DNA of 64,000 nucleotides, taken from the IMG/VR virus record IMGVR_UViG_3300021960_009431; one strand, given 5' to 3'. Positions 48,146 to 57,745 of this stretch are shown here, in pieces. Position numbers and translations under genes: made by a program. The notes beneath the pieces are model-generated. The model did no database searches. It was not told where the DNA came from and was given only the letters and a program-made list of their open reading frames with translations. Origin of the DNA: a virus. Each line of letters begins with the position of its first letter. Within the stretch, counting starts at the first letter, position 1.

Positions 48146-48350
48146 ACTAATTATCGATGCATTGAAAAGCATTAATAATAATCGAATTGAACGTAAAGCA
48201 ATTCGTGAAACTGAAAAGGCTTTAAGCAAACTATCTGACTATGATTTAGCAGACATTGGAATTAGCCGCGGCGAGATCTACGAAATCGCTAGAGCTAAAG
48301 CAACTATTGAACACGTCAAAGCAAACCAAAATTTGCAGGGGTGGGTTTAA
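48096..48350 (+). CDS. DUF1127 (YjiS-like) small protein
   Basis: RETEKALSKLSDYDLADIGISRGEI; SD GAGG at 48085; overlaps the hsp20 3' end by 50 nt. Confidence 0.85.
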   Translation: MTQAILTAHNYSTRAIELIIDALKSINNNRIERKAIRETEKALSKLSDYDLADIGISRGEIYEIARAKATIEHVKANQNLQGWV

Positions 48351-48520
48351 TGACAACAGCAGTAATGTCTACTATATTCTCGCCCTTATCGGGTTTGTGG
48401 TCTTCACTCGATCACTATACCCAAGTGGTGGGTTACTCGAGGGCAGCGGCCGAACTGGCACGATGTGGTTACCACGAGGAAGCGAAACGTTGTATGATGG
48501 AACTTAAAAACTTGAGATAG
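48350..48520 (+). CDS. 56-aa small protein (not in ORF track)
   Basis: MTTAVMSTIFSPLSGLWSSLDHYTQVVGYSRAAAELARCGYHEEAKRCMMELKNLR; TAATG coupling to the DUF1127 gene. Confidence 0.7.
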   Translation: MTTAVMSTIFSPLSGLWSSLDHYTQVVGYSRAAAELARCGYHEEAKRCMMELKNLR

Positions 48521-48591
48521 GGTCACTACTTAATAAGTGCGCGAGGGGCCATGGTTAGCTCCTCACCAACACACACATACAGGAGGTTCTT

Positions 48592-48798
48592 ATGAACGAA
48601 TATATGACTAATATGTTGATTGATACAATCCAAAATGCAAAAAAGAGCTGGGTAGATACTTGGTTCAAAGACGAGACACTAAACAAACCACTACATACGT
48701 TTGTTGATGCTCAAACAATTTTCACAAAAACAGCAATGAAACAAACAAACGAGTTTGCTAACTCTGCTGGTGAAGCTATGGCAAAGGTAGTTAAATAA
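48592..48798 (+). CDS. Small helical protein (phasin-like composition)
   Basis: Strong SD AGGAGG; FVDAQT.FTK amphipathic helix. Confidence 0.65.
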   Translation: MNEYMTNMLIDTIQNAKKSWVDTWFKDETLNKPLHTFVDAQTIFTKTAMKQTNEFANSAGEAMAKVVK

Positions 48799-49016
48799 TG
48801 GCAAAAAATCCTTTTGAAATTCGCGCTGAGATGGTTCAGCTAGCAAAAGAATATATGGATAAGCAACAAGATATGAATGTCCAGTTTGCTAAGGATATGT
48901 TTGAGCAAGGTAAAATGCAAATGGAGCAGTTTCAAGAAACTTGCAAAATGTATTCCATGGAAGACATGATGACAAAAGCTCAAGAAATGTATACTTTTGT
49001 ATCAAAAAAAGATTGA
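48798..49016 (+). CDS. Small conserved phage protein (KNPFEIR family)
   Basis: MAKNPFEIRAEMVQLAK...KAQEMYTFVSKK; TAATG coupling. Confidence 0.7.
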   Translation: MAKNPFEIRAEMVQLAKEYMDKQQDMNVQFAKDMFEQGKMQMEQFQETCKMYSMEDMMTKAQEMYTFVSKKD

Positions 49017-49041
49017 CTTCTATAAAGAAGTATATTATAAT
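49013..49041 (+). promoter_or_regulatory. Sigma70 promoter TTGACT-N17-TATAAT
   Basis: Near-consensus promoter upstream of the gp43 operon. Confidence 0.75.
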
Positions 49042-49067
49042 AAGAGAGTCTTTCGAGGCTCTCTTTT
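49042..49067 (+). terminator. Rho-independent terminator
   Basis: AAGAGAGTCT-TTCG-AGGCTCTCTT followed by TT. Confidence 0.8.
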
Positions 49068-49083
49068 CATTTAAAGGTTTATT

Positions 49084-49383
49084 ATGGCGAATATAAAATA
49101 TATCCGGATGCAATCAGGCGAAGATGTGGTTGCAGAAATTGTAGGTCCTGAAAAAGGATCTCAAGTTATTACAATTAAAAATGCTATTGTAGCTGTGCCT
49201 ACCGGTCAAGGACAACTTGGTTTTGCTCCCTGGGCTCCTATCTTGCATAAGTCAAAAAATGAGCTTGAAATTAAACATAGCTTTATTGTTTTTATTGCTG
49301 AGGTAGATGATGATATTGCTAACCAATATAAAAGTATGTATGGTGGTGTAGTAACTCCTCCTTCTTCTAAACTAATCGTATAG
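49084..49383 (+). CDS. Conserved hypothetical protein upstream of gp43
   Basis: IRMQSGEDVVAE; LGFAPWAP; QY..M.GG..TP. Confidence 0.7.
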   Translation: MANIKYIRMQSGEDVVAEIVGPEKGSQVITIKNAIVAVPTGQGQLGFAPWAPILHKSKNELEIKHSFIVFIAEVDDDIANQYKSMYGGVVTPPSSKLIV

Positions 49384-49389
49384 GTATAA

Positions 49390-51900
49390 ATGTCTACTTT
49401 TTATACATGTGTAGATCGTTATAGTAACGATATACTTTTCCGTGGTTATAAGGATGGTAAGCCTATCAGTGAACGTATACAGTATAAACCTACTATGTAC
49501 ATTCCTGGTAAAGCTGAATCTCCTTATAAAACTCTTGAAGGTAAACCTGTAGAGCCAGTTAATCCTGGTACTATGCGGGATACTCGTAATTTTATTGATG
49601 AGTATAAGTATGTAGATAATTTTAAGATATACGGTAATACTAATTATATACATCAGTTTATTTCTGATGCTTTTCTTGAACGTGGTGTTGAATTTCAACG
49701 AGATAAGATTAATGTAACTACTATAGATATCGAGGTTCAGTCTGATCAAGGCTTTCCAACCCCAGATGAAGCTCGATTTCCTATTACAGCTATTTGTCTT
49801 AAAAATAATATTGACAATATGTTTTATGTGTGGGGTTTGGGTGAATGGAAAGATCATAAGTCTGAATTGTCTAAAGACTTATCTGATCGAGTAGTATATG
49901 TTCAATGTGATAAAGAAGCTGGTTTGCTTATGAAGTTTCTTGATCACTGGTGTAAAAATTACCCTGATGTACTTACTGGTTGGAACTCTCGTTTATTTGA
50001 TACTACGTATATTGTAAATCGAATTGCTATGATCCTCGGAGAGGATATGAAAAAGAAACTCTCTCCTTGGAAAATAATTAACGAGCGTAATATTGATATT
50101 GCTGGACGTAAACATCAAGCTTTTGAAATCTACGGATTACAGCAGTTAGACTATATGGATTGTTTTAAGAAGTTTGGTTATACGTATGGTACTCAGGCAT
50201 CTTATAAGTTAGATAACATTGCACACGTTGTACTAGGAGAACGTAAGCTCTCCTACGATGAGTATGGTTCTCTGCACGCTTTATACGATCAGAACCATCA
50301 AAAGTTTATAGATTATAATATTAGAGATGTTGATATTGTTGATCGATTAGAAGATAAGATGGGTCTTATTACTCTATCGATGACTGTAGCTTATAAAGGT
50401 TTAGTTAATTATTCAGATGCATTTGGTTCTGTTGGTGTATGGGATGCTATACTTTTTAACGAATTGCGTAAACGAGGTATAGTTGTACCTCCTAAAGTGT
50501 CTAGAGAAAAAGAAAGAAAGATTGAAGGTGCTTACGTAAAAGATCCTCAAACTGGTGCTCATGAATGGGTTATGTCTTTTGATTTAAACTCTCTATATCC
50601 TCATATTATTATGCAATATAATATGTCTCCTGAGACTGTTGTAAATGATATGCAGTATGAAGCTAATGTAGAGGATTTACTAAAACGAACTGAATATAAA
50701 ATACCTGAAAAGTATTGTATGACTGGTACTGGCCAGTATTTTGATAAATCTAGAAAAGGTATTGTGCCTGAGATTATTCAAAAATTATATGATGAACGTT
50801 CAGTTGTTAAACGTAAGATGCTTACTGCACAGCAGAGAGGTCAAGATGAAGGTAGTTCATATGAGATCGAAAAAGAAATAACTACTCTTGATAATCAGCA
50901 AATGGCTGTAAAGATTCTTATGAATTCTCTTTATGGCGCTTTATCTAATGAGCATTTTAGATATTATGATATGAGAGTAGCTGAATCGATTACTGTATCA
51001 GGTCAATTAACTATTCGGTGGGCTGAAGATACTATTAATAGATATATGAATAAAGTACTTAAGACTGATAATGAAGACTATATTATTGCTATTGATACTG
51101 ATTCATTATATGTAAGAATGAGTAAACTTGTTGAACAAGTCAATCCTAAAGATCCTATTAAGTTCTTAGATAAAGTAGGTCAAGAGAAATTAGAACCTCT
51201 TATGATTGAAGCTTATGATGAGTTATATAACTATATGAATGCTTATGAGCAAAAAATGGTTATGGCTCGAGAAGTTATTGCTGATAAAGGTATATGGACT
51301 GGTAAGAAGCATTATGCTCTTAACGTGTATAATAACGAAGGTGTTCAATATAAAGAACCTAAATTAAAGATTATGGGTATTGAGGTTGTACGATCTTCTA
51401 CCCCTCAACCTTGTAGAGACTTTCTTCGTGATACTATTAAAGTTATTATGAACAAAGATGAAGACGCTACGCAAAAGTTTATTGAAGAATGTAGAACTAA
51501 ATTTATGAGTTTACCTGCTGAAGATATTGCTTTTCCTCGTGGTGTAAGTGATATGAATAAATGGAAAGATCGTGCTAGCTTATATAAGAAAGGTACTCCT
51601 ATACATGTTAGAGGTGCTCTTCTATATAACTATCACCTAAATAAAAATGGACTAGTACAAAAGTATGAAAGCATTTTTTCTGGAGAGAAGATTAAATTCT
51701 GTTACTTGAAAATGCCTAATTATATACAAGAAAACGTAATTGCTTTTAATAGTGTTATCCCTGATGAATTTAGTATTAGAGAGTTCGTAGATTATGAGAA
51801 GCAATTTGATAAAGCTTATATTGAACCTCTTAAAAATATACTAGATGTTATTGGATGGAGTACTGAAAAGCGAATGACCCTGGAGGATTTTTTTGCATGA
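49390..51900 (+). CDS. gp43: DNA polymerase gp43 (family B)
   Basis: IDIEV exonuclease motif; SFDLNSLYP; KILMNSLYG; IDTDS; C-terminal TLEDFF clamp-binding motif. Confidence 0.98.
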   Translation: MSTFYTCVDRYSNDILFRGYKDGKPISERIQYKPTMYIPGKAESPYKTLEGKPVEPVNPGTMRDTRNFIDEYKYVDNFKIYGNTNYIHQFISDAFLERGVEFQRDKINVTTIDIEVQSDQGFPTPDEARFPITAICLKNNIDNMFYVWGLGEWKDHKSELSKDLSDRVVYVQCDKEAGLLMKFLDHWCKNYPDVLTGWNSRLFDTTYIVNRIAMILGEDMKKKLSPWKIINERNIDIAGRKHQAFEIYGLQQLDYMDCFKKFGYTYGTQASYKLDNIAHVVLGERKLSYDEYGSLHALYDQNHQKFIDYNIRDVDIVDRLEDKMGLITLSMTVAYKGLVNYSDAFGSVGVWDAILFNELRKRGIVVPPKVSREKERKIEGAYVKDPQTGAHEWVMSFDLNSLYPHIIMQYNMSPETVVNDMQYEANVEDLLKRTEYKIPEKYCMTGTGQYFDKSRKGIVPEIIQKLYDERSVVKRKMLTAQQRGQDEGSSYEIEKEITTLDNQQMAVKILMNSLYGALSNEHFRYYDMRVAESITVSGQLTIRWAEDTINRYMNKVLKTDNEDYIIAIDTDSLYVRMSKLVEQVNPKDPIKFLDKVGQEKLEPLMIEAYDELYNYMNAYEQKMVMAREVIADKGIWTGKKHYALNVYNNEGVQYKEPKLKIMGIEVVRSSTPQPCRDFLRDTIKVIMNKDEDATQKFIEECRTKFMSLPAEDIAFPRGVSDMNKWKDRASLYKKGTPIHVRGALLYNYHLNKNGLVQKYESIFSGEKIKFCYLKMPNYIQENVIAFNSVIPDEFSIREFVDYEKQFDKAYIEPLKNILDVIGWSTEKRMTLEDFFA

Positions 51901-52322
51901 GTAACTGGGTAGATGATTTTGGCTTTAATGCCGTAGATGTAATGCCAACAACAGAGGTGAAGATTGATTCGTCACCTATTAAAGATGATGTTGAAGGTAT
52001 TAATGATAACGTAATACGTATTGAAAAGTCGGTACTGGCATTTCAAACATTACTTAACTCACTTAACAAAAAGCTTGACAGTCTTATTACAACAGACGAA
52101 GAGAATGAAGAAATAATTAAACAGCGTAAATATTATCAAGATGTTTTAGCTGATAAAAAAGTAAAAGCAATGGCTGATATTTTAGGACCTCTTTTACAAA
52201 GTCTATATCGCACTCAAAATCAAGCTTATATTCACTGGCCTAATAGAGGACCTGTTATCCAAGAACAAGTAGATAAAATGAAAGCTATTCTAGACGGTAC
52301 AGCATTTGAGGATAAAAAATGA
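51897..52322 (+). CDS. Hypothetical coiled-coil protein
   Basis: DFGFNAVD...PLLQSL...YIHWPNR pattern. Confidence 0.7.
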   Translation: MSNWVDDFGFNAVDVMPTTEVKIDSSPIKDDVEGINDNVIRIEKSVLAFQTLLNSLNKKLDSLITTDEENEEIIKQRKYYQDVLADKKVKAMADILGPLLQSLYRTQNQAYIHWPNRGPVIQEQVDKMKAILDGTAFEDKK

Positions 52323-52483
52323 AAAAATGGATTAATGAAAGATTAAATGAAAGAACAACAATAGATGGTGCTGTATTAGTTGCAGCTGGTATTGCTTTTC
52401 TTATCTTTAAACCAATTGCATCTTTAGTAGCGTACGCTGCAATTGCTTATGGTGCTTGGACTATTTGGAAAAAAGAAACTTGA
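52319..52483 (+). CDS. 54-aa two-TM membrane protein (not in ORF track)
   Basis: MKKWINERLNERTTIDGAVLVAAGIAFLIFKPIASLVAYAAIAYGAWTIWKKET; SD GAGG; ATGA overlap. Confidence 0.75.
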   Translation: MKKWINERLNERTTIDGAVLVAAGIAFLIFKPIASLVAYAAIAYGAWTIWKKET

Positions 52484-52508
52484 CTTCTTAAGCATTCTAT
52501 ACTATAAT
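52480..52508 (+). promoter_or_regulatory. Sigma70 promoter TTGACT-N17-TATAAT
   Basis: Upstream of uvsX. Confidence 0.75.
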
Positions 52509-52531
52509 ATATTTTTAACTATGAGGTGATT

Positions 52532-53608
52532 ATGTCTGATTTTTTTCGAACTATGGTGAAGGATCTTAATGACGAAAATACTACTATTGCAGAAGATGGG
52601 CTTAACAGCTCTGAGTTTTCTGGAACAGTTGATACCGGTTGCTATATTCTTAATGCTGCTCTTAGTGGCTCTTTATATGGTGGGGTTCCTAATAATAAAA
52701 TAACTGCATTTGCAGGTGAGTCTGCTACTGGTAAGACGTTTTTCGTTATGGGTGTTGTCAAGCAGTTTCTTAATGATAATCCAGATGCTGCTGTATTTTA
52801 CTTTGATACTGAAGCTGCAGTAACTAAAGAAATGATGAAGTCTCGAGGTATTGACACTAATCGAGTTATTATTTCTGAACCAGAAACTATTCAAAAGTTT
52901 CGTCATACAGCATTACAAATTATTGATAATTATTCTAAGACTTCAGAGAAGCAACGTCCTCCTATGATGATGGTACTCGATTCTCTTGGCCAGTTATCTA
53001 CTACTAAAGAAGTAGAGGATACTGCATCAGGTTCTGAGACAAAGGATATGACCAAAGCTGCTGTACTTAAAGCTACCTTTAGAGTACTCAATCTTAAACT
53101 CGCTAAAATAAATGTGCCGCTACTTGTAACTAATCATGTATATGATGTAGTAGGTTCTTATATACCTATGAAAGAGATGTCTGGTGGTTCAGGTCTTAAA
53201 TATACTGCTTCTCAAATTGTTTTCTTAGGTAAGAAGAAAGAGAAAGACGGTACTGATGTTGTAGGTAATATTATTAAAATTAATATGATGAAGTCTCGCT
53301 TTACTAAAGAGAATAAAAAGATTGAAGTTCTTTTAACTTATGATAAAGGTCTTGATCGTTACTATGGGCTCTTGCAATTAGCTGAAAAGTATAATATTAT
53401 TAAAAAGGTATCAACGCGTTATGAGATGCCTGACGGTGCTAAAGTATTCGGTAAAGCTATCAATAAGAACCCTGAGAAATATTTTACTGATGATATTATG
53501 GCGCAGCTAGAAGAAGCAGCCCAAAAAGAGTTTATGTACGGGTCACCAGAGACGTTACAAGAAGTTGAAGAACTCTCTTCAATTGAAGAAGAAATGTATA
53601 GTGAGTGA
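52532..53608 (+). CDS. uvsX: RecA-like recombinase UvsX
   Basis: AGESATGKT; FDTEAA; VLDSLG; MSGGSGLKY. Confidence 0.96.
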   Translation: MSDFFRTMVKDLNDENTTIAEDGLNSSEFSGTVDTGCYILNAALSGSLYGGVPNNKITAFAGESATGKTFFVMGVVKQFLNDNPDAAVFYFDTEAAVTKEMMKSRGIDTNRVIISEPETIQKFRHTALQIIDNYSKTSEKQRPPMMMVLDSLGQLSTTKEVEDTASGSETKDMTKAAVLKATFRVLNLKLAKINVPLLVTNHVYDVVGSYIPMKEMSGGSGLKYTASQIVFLGKKKEKDGTDVVGNIIKINMMKSRFTKENKKIEVLLTYDKGLDRYYGLLQLAEKYNIIKKVSTRYEMPDGAKVFGKAINKNPEKYFTDDIMAQLEEAAQKEFMYGSPETLQEVEELSSIEEEMYSE

Positions 53609-53626
53609 TATAGAAAGCTAAACTTA

Positions 53627-54307
53627 ATGTACTATATACCACATACTATTGTTGATGGTTTTTTTGATAATCCAGATGAAGTTAGAAAATATGCATTAAT
53701 GCAGGATTATAAACCTGACTCAGAAAATAGATACCCTGGTGTACGTTCTAATCATCTACCTAATATAAATATGCCGTTAGCTAGAACAATAGTTCATAAA
53801 ATAGGTTTGTTATTTGATAGAGAAGATGAAGTTCAAAGAAAAACTGATACTATATTAAATATAAGAATGCAGTTTCAAAAAGTACCATCAGTATATAATA
53901 ATGGATGGGTTCACAGTGATCATGGTTCTACAGTAACCGGTTTAATTTATTTAACACCTAATAATACTAATAATAGCGGAACATCTTTATTTCATAAAAA
54001 ATATGAAGCAATTGATTTAAGTGAAATAGAAGACATTAAAAAAAATCATTTTTCTGAAATAGTTGATAATAAACTGTCAAAAGCGAACGAAGAAGTTAAT
54101 AGTTTAAAAGATAAATTCGACAGTCAATTTAATAAAGTAGTTGATGTGAAAGATGTGTATAATAGATTATTTTTATTTGACTCTTACCATTATCATTCTG
54201 CAAATAAATTTGATACTACATCAGAAGAAAGACTTACATTAGTATTGTTTTTTAATGATTGGCCGTTTACTAAGCCGATTGAAAAATTAAGGACAACTTT
54301 TCTATGA
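53627..54307 (+). CDS. 2OG-Fe(II) oxygenase-like protein (DUF6445-type)
   Basis: IVDGFFDNPD.VR; YPG.RS; WVHSD; IYLTP..SGTSLF; YNRL.LFD...HSA; RLTLVLF. Confidence 0.8.
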   Translation: MYYIPHTIVDGFFDNPDEVRKYALMQDYKPDSENRYPGVRSNHLPNINMPLARTIVHKIGLLFDREDEVQRKTDTILNIRMQFQKVPSVYNNGWVHSDHGSTVTGLIYLTPNNTNNSGTSLFHKKYEAIDLSEIEDIKKNHFSEIVDNKLSKANEEVNSLKDKFDSQFNKVVDVKDVYNRLFLFDSYHYHSANKFDTTSEERLTLVLFFNDWPFTKPIEKLRTTFL

Positions 54308-54567
54308 GTAAAAGATTTAAAATTATATTAAATGATAGAGCTGAATCAGGTAACATTTATATAGAGCTTGTAAATAGTCGAGTAGAAGGTTTTAAGTATC
54401 TAGTAAAAAATATAGTACCTCTTAATGAAAATAATAAAAAAATAAACTATGATTATGAATTAATTGAATACCCAGATAATTATGTGTTTAGAGAAGAAGA
54501 CGCTGAAGTACTTCAAAATTCTTTAAATGAAGCTTTTAAAGAGGTTTTAAATGTCAATAGCGAATGA
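54304..54567 (+). CDS. Hypothetical protein
   Basis: 87-aa ORF overlapping its neighbours; resembles the next ORF. Confidence 0.55.
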   Translation: MSKRFKIILNDRAESGNIYIELVNSRVEGFKYLVKNIVPLNENNKKINYDYELIEYPDNYVFREEDAEVLQNSLNEAFKEVLNVNSE

Positions 54568-54895
54568 ACCTAATGATGTAACAGGAATGTATGAAGTTCT
54601 TTTTAATACAGAAAATGATACAGCACCTGTCAGGGTATTAGAAGGCACGTTTAAAGATTTTGTTTATAAGTATGGTGCTATTCAAGTTGGAGAGTTTGAA
54701 GGTGACCCTTCAGATGTCCCATTAAAATACGAATATACATTATTGGAAGCACCAGAGAGCTATACAACAGAAGATGAAGATGCAGAACAATTGCAATTTG
54801 AACAGTTGATTGGTGACATACTTTATAATATAATAGTGAATTCAGATACGGTGAGAGAAGCATTAGATGGCAATAGAAACAACGATCCTAAGTAG
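54551..54895 (+). CDS. Conserved hypothetical protein upstream of gp41
   Basis: G.FKDFVYKYG.I...LKYEY...FEQLIGDIL. Confidence 0.7.
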   Translation: MSIANEPNDVTGMYEVLFNTENDTAPVRVLEGTFKDFVYKYGAIQVGEFEGDPSDVPLKYEYTLLEAPESYTTEDEDAEQLQFEQLIGDILYNIIVNSDTVREALDGNRNNDPK

Positions 54896-56264
54896 TATAG
54901 TAAAAGACGAACAATACGCGCGTAAAGTAGTACCTTTCTTAAAAGAAGATTATTTTCAAAATGTAGCAGAACGAATTATACTCAAGAAGATTAATGAGTA
55001 TATGGATAGCTATAATAAAGCCCCTACCTCTGACACTCTTTTAATTGAACTTGGTAATGATACATCTTTAGTAGAGTCTGACTATACAAATAGTATCGCA
55101 TTAGTAAATACATTCTCTGAATATAGCGAAGACCATGATAGAGATTGGCTTGTAGATAAGACAGAAGAGTTCTGTCAAGAGAAAGCTATCTATAATGCTA
55201 TTATGGAATCGATTCATATTATTGATGGTAAGTCAAAGAATAAAGCTAAGGATGCTATTCCTTCTGTATTATCAGATGCATTAAGTGTTGGGTTTGATAA
55301 TAATATAGGTCATGACTTTCTCGAAGATTGGGTTGCACGATACGACTTTTATCATGCCGTTGAAGAAAAGATTCCTTTTGATATTGAGTATCTGAATAAG
55401 ATTACTAAAGGTGGCGTATCTCGTAAATCGTTAAATATTATACTTGCTGGTACTGGTGTCGGTAAGTCTCTTGCTATGTGTCACTTTGCAGCTAATAATC
55501 TGATGGAAGGTAAAAACGTTCTTTATATTACTATGGAGATGGCAGAAGAAAAGATTGCCGAACGTATTGATGCTAATCTTCTAAACGTTACCATGGATGA
55601 GTTAGAAGATTTACCTAAGATGATGTATGATAAAAAAATTAGTAAGCTAAGAGATAGGACTGCTGGTAAATTAATTGTAAAAGAGTTTCCTACCGCATCT
55701 GCTCATGCAGGTCATTTCAGACATTTAGTAAATGAGTTAAAGATAAAGAAAGGTTTTGTACCTGATATTATCTATGTTGACTACCTGAATATTTGTGCTT
55801 CATCTCGTATGAAAGGTATTGGTGGTTCAGTCAATACTTATAGTTATGTTAAATCTATTGCTGAAGAATTAAGAGGGCTTGCTGTTGAAAAAGACGTTCC
55901 GATCTTCTCTGCAACGCAGACGACGCGTTCAGGTTATACTAATTCAGATGTTGGGCTTGAAGATACGTCCGAGTCTTTTGGACTACCCGCTACAGCTGAC
56001 TTAATGTTTGCTGTTATTAGTACAGAAGAATTAGAAGCTCTTAATCAAGTTATGATAAAGCAGCTTAAGAATCGTTATAATGATCCTACTCAAAATAAAC
56101 GTTTTGTTGTAGGTATTGATAGAGCTCGTATGCGATTGTATGATGCGGAAGAATCAGCACAATATGATGTAATGGATGGGCCTGCTATTACCGCAGATGT
56201 TCCTGTATTTGATAAAGGTGTAAATAAGTTTGAACAAAAAGATTTTAAGGAACTCTTTACTTAA
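54867..56264 (+). CDS. gp41: Replicative helicase gp41
   Basis: LAGTGVGKS; YITMEMAEE; VDYLNIC; SATQTTR; KQLKNRY. Confidence 0.97.
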   Translation: MAIETTILSSIVKDEQYARKVVPFLKEDYFQNVAERIILKKINEYMDSYNKAPTSDTLLIELGNDTSLVESDYTNSIALVNTFSEYSEDHDRDWLVDKTEEFCQEKAIYNAIMESIHIIDGKSKNKAKDAIPSVLSDALSVGFDNNIGHDFLEDWVARYDFYHAVEEKIPFDIEYLNKITKGGVSRKSLNIILAGTGVGKSLAMCHFAANNLMEGKNVLYITMEMAEEKIAERIDANLLNVTMDELEDLPKMMYDKKISKLRDRTAGKLIVKEFPTASAHAGHFRHLVNELKIKKGFVPDIIYVDYLNICASSRMKGIGGSVNTYSYVKSIAEELRGLAVEKDVPIFSATQTTRSGYTNSDVGLEDTSESFGLPATADLMFAVISTEELEALNQVMIKQLKNRYNDPTQNKRFVVGIDRARMRLYDAEESAQYDVMDGPAITADVPVFDKGVNKFEQKDFKELFT

Positions 56265-57745
56265 TGAAGCTATTAGCTCTTCGCTTATGTAGTCACGATT
56301 CAAACATTTGCTACTATGATGAAAATAAAGTACACTACATAAAGTCTGAAAGACATAAACAAATAAAACATCACGCTTTCAATAATCTTTGGGAGTGGCG
56401 ATTAGCTATTAAACATTTCTGGGATATAGAATATACAGATATAGATCAAATAGGAATTGTTATTGATCCATGGCAGCATAATATTGTCAATACAGAATTA
56501 AATTCTCTAATACAAGACTATGATTTATTTCCTGCAGCATGTAAAGTACATAGAATAGATCATCATTATGCTCATTCTTTAAGCTCTTGGATGTTGACTG
56601 ATCATTCTGATGTAGATATAGTTATAGATGGGTTTGGTGAAGAAGATGTAACATGGTCAATTTTTAAAAATAGTAAGCTCTTAGAAAAAGGCTCTGTTCA
56701 AGATAGCGGCTCATTAGGAATTGAAATGGCCAACGCCGGTCAATCTATGGATATAAATTATTTTGATGTACATGATATAGCTGGTAAATTAATGGGTTTG
56801 CAATCATACGGTAAGATTGATAAAAACTTTAAAAAAATTATAACCGGTTATGATATGTATAATATTAAATCTATATTTAATTTTGATAAATGGGTTCAGT
56901 ATAAAGGAGATGAGCTTCTTGCACTACATACTCGTTTAGATTGGATAGCCACTGTGCATGATTATGTTGGTGATGTGCTAATAAACTTTTTTAAAAAGTT
57001 CGCTAAAAAAAATGATACAATAACGTATACTGGTGGTGTAGCACAAAATGTAATTTGGAACACCAAACTAAAAAAGCATTTTAAAAATTTAATCATACCT
57101 CCACATTGTGCTGATGATGGTCTTTCTCTTGGCATAATAGAAGCATTAAGAATAAAAAATAATTTAGATAAAATAAATGTAAGTTCTTTTCCTTATATAC
57201 AAAATGATATTTCAACAGATATACCAACAGATGAAACTATTACTAAAGCAGCGGAGTTATTAGCAGACGGCAAAGTTGTAGCTTGGTATCAGGGTAATGG
57301 TGAGGTTGGTCCAAGAGCTTTAGGTAACAGATCAATATTAATGTCACCTCTAATTAAAAATGCTAAGACAGTAATTAATGAAATAAAAAATAGAGAAAAT
57401 TATAGACCGTTTGGTGGTGTAGTATTAGATGAAGATAGAGAGGAATATTTTGATTTAAAATTTGAAAATCCTTATATGTTATATGTCGCAAAAATTAAAG
57501 ACAAAAGATTAAAATGTATTACACATATAGATAAAACTTGTCGTATTCAAACTATTAATAAATCAGATAATCCGATACTTAGATCACTTATGATAAAATT
57601 TAAAGAGTTGACTGGTTGTTCGGTATTGTTAAATACTAGTTTAAATGATAATGGAAAGCCAATAGCTGGTAAACCAGAAGATGCAATATCTCTTAAAGAA
57701 AATTCTAATTTAGATTATTTAATTATAGGAAATAAATTTTATTGA
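56264..57745 (+). CDS. Carbamoyltransferase (NodU/CmcH/TobZ family)
   Basis: HDS; IDHHYAH; IDG.GE; GKLMGL; TGGVAQN; E.GPRALGNRS; RPFG; LLNTSLN..G.PI. Confidence 0.92.
   Translation: MKLLALRLCSHDSNICYYDENKVHYIKSERHKQIKHHAFNNLWEWRLAIKHFWDIEYTDIDQIGIVIDPWQHNIVNTELNSLIQDYDLFPAACKVHRIDHHYAHSLSSWMLTDHSDVDIVIDGFGEEDVTWSIFKNSKLLEKGSVQDSGSLGIEMANAGQSMDINYFDVHDIAGKLMGLQSYGKIDKNFKKIITGYDMYNIKSIFNFDKWVQYKGDELLALHTRLDWIATVHDYVGDVLINFFKKFAKKNDTITYTGGVAQNVIWNTKLKKHFKNLIIPPHCADDGLSLGIIEALRIKNNLDKINVSSFPYIQNDISTDIPTDETITKAAELLADGKVVAWYQGNGEVGPRALGNRSILMSPLIKNAKTVINEIKNRENYRPFGGVVLDEDREEYFDLKFENPYMLYVAKIKDKRLKCITHIDKTCRIQTINKSDNPILRSLMIKFKELTGCSVLLNTSLNDNGKPIAGKPEDAISLKENSNLDYLIIGNKFY

Noticed and set aside
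48256-48507. 83-aa ORF call, and the 48009 start for the DUF1127 ORF
   Set aside because: Better explained by DUF1127 starting at 48096 (SD GAGG) and a coupled ORF at 48350-48520 in another frame.
15468-56264. Introns or inteins in gp17, gp20, gp43, uvsX or gp41
   Set aside because: The ORFs are continuous and of normal length; no intein termini or intron-like gaps seen.
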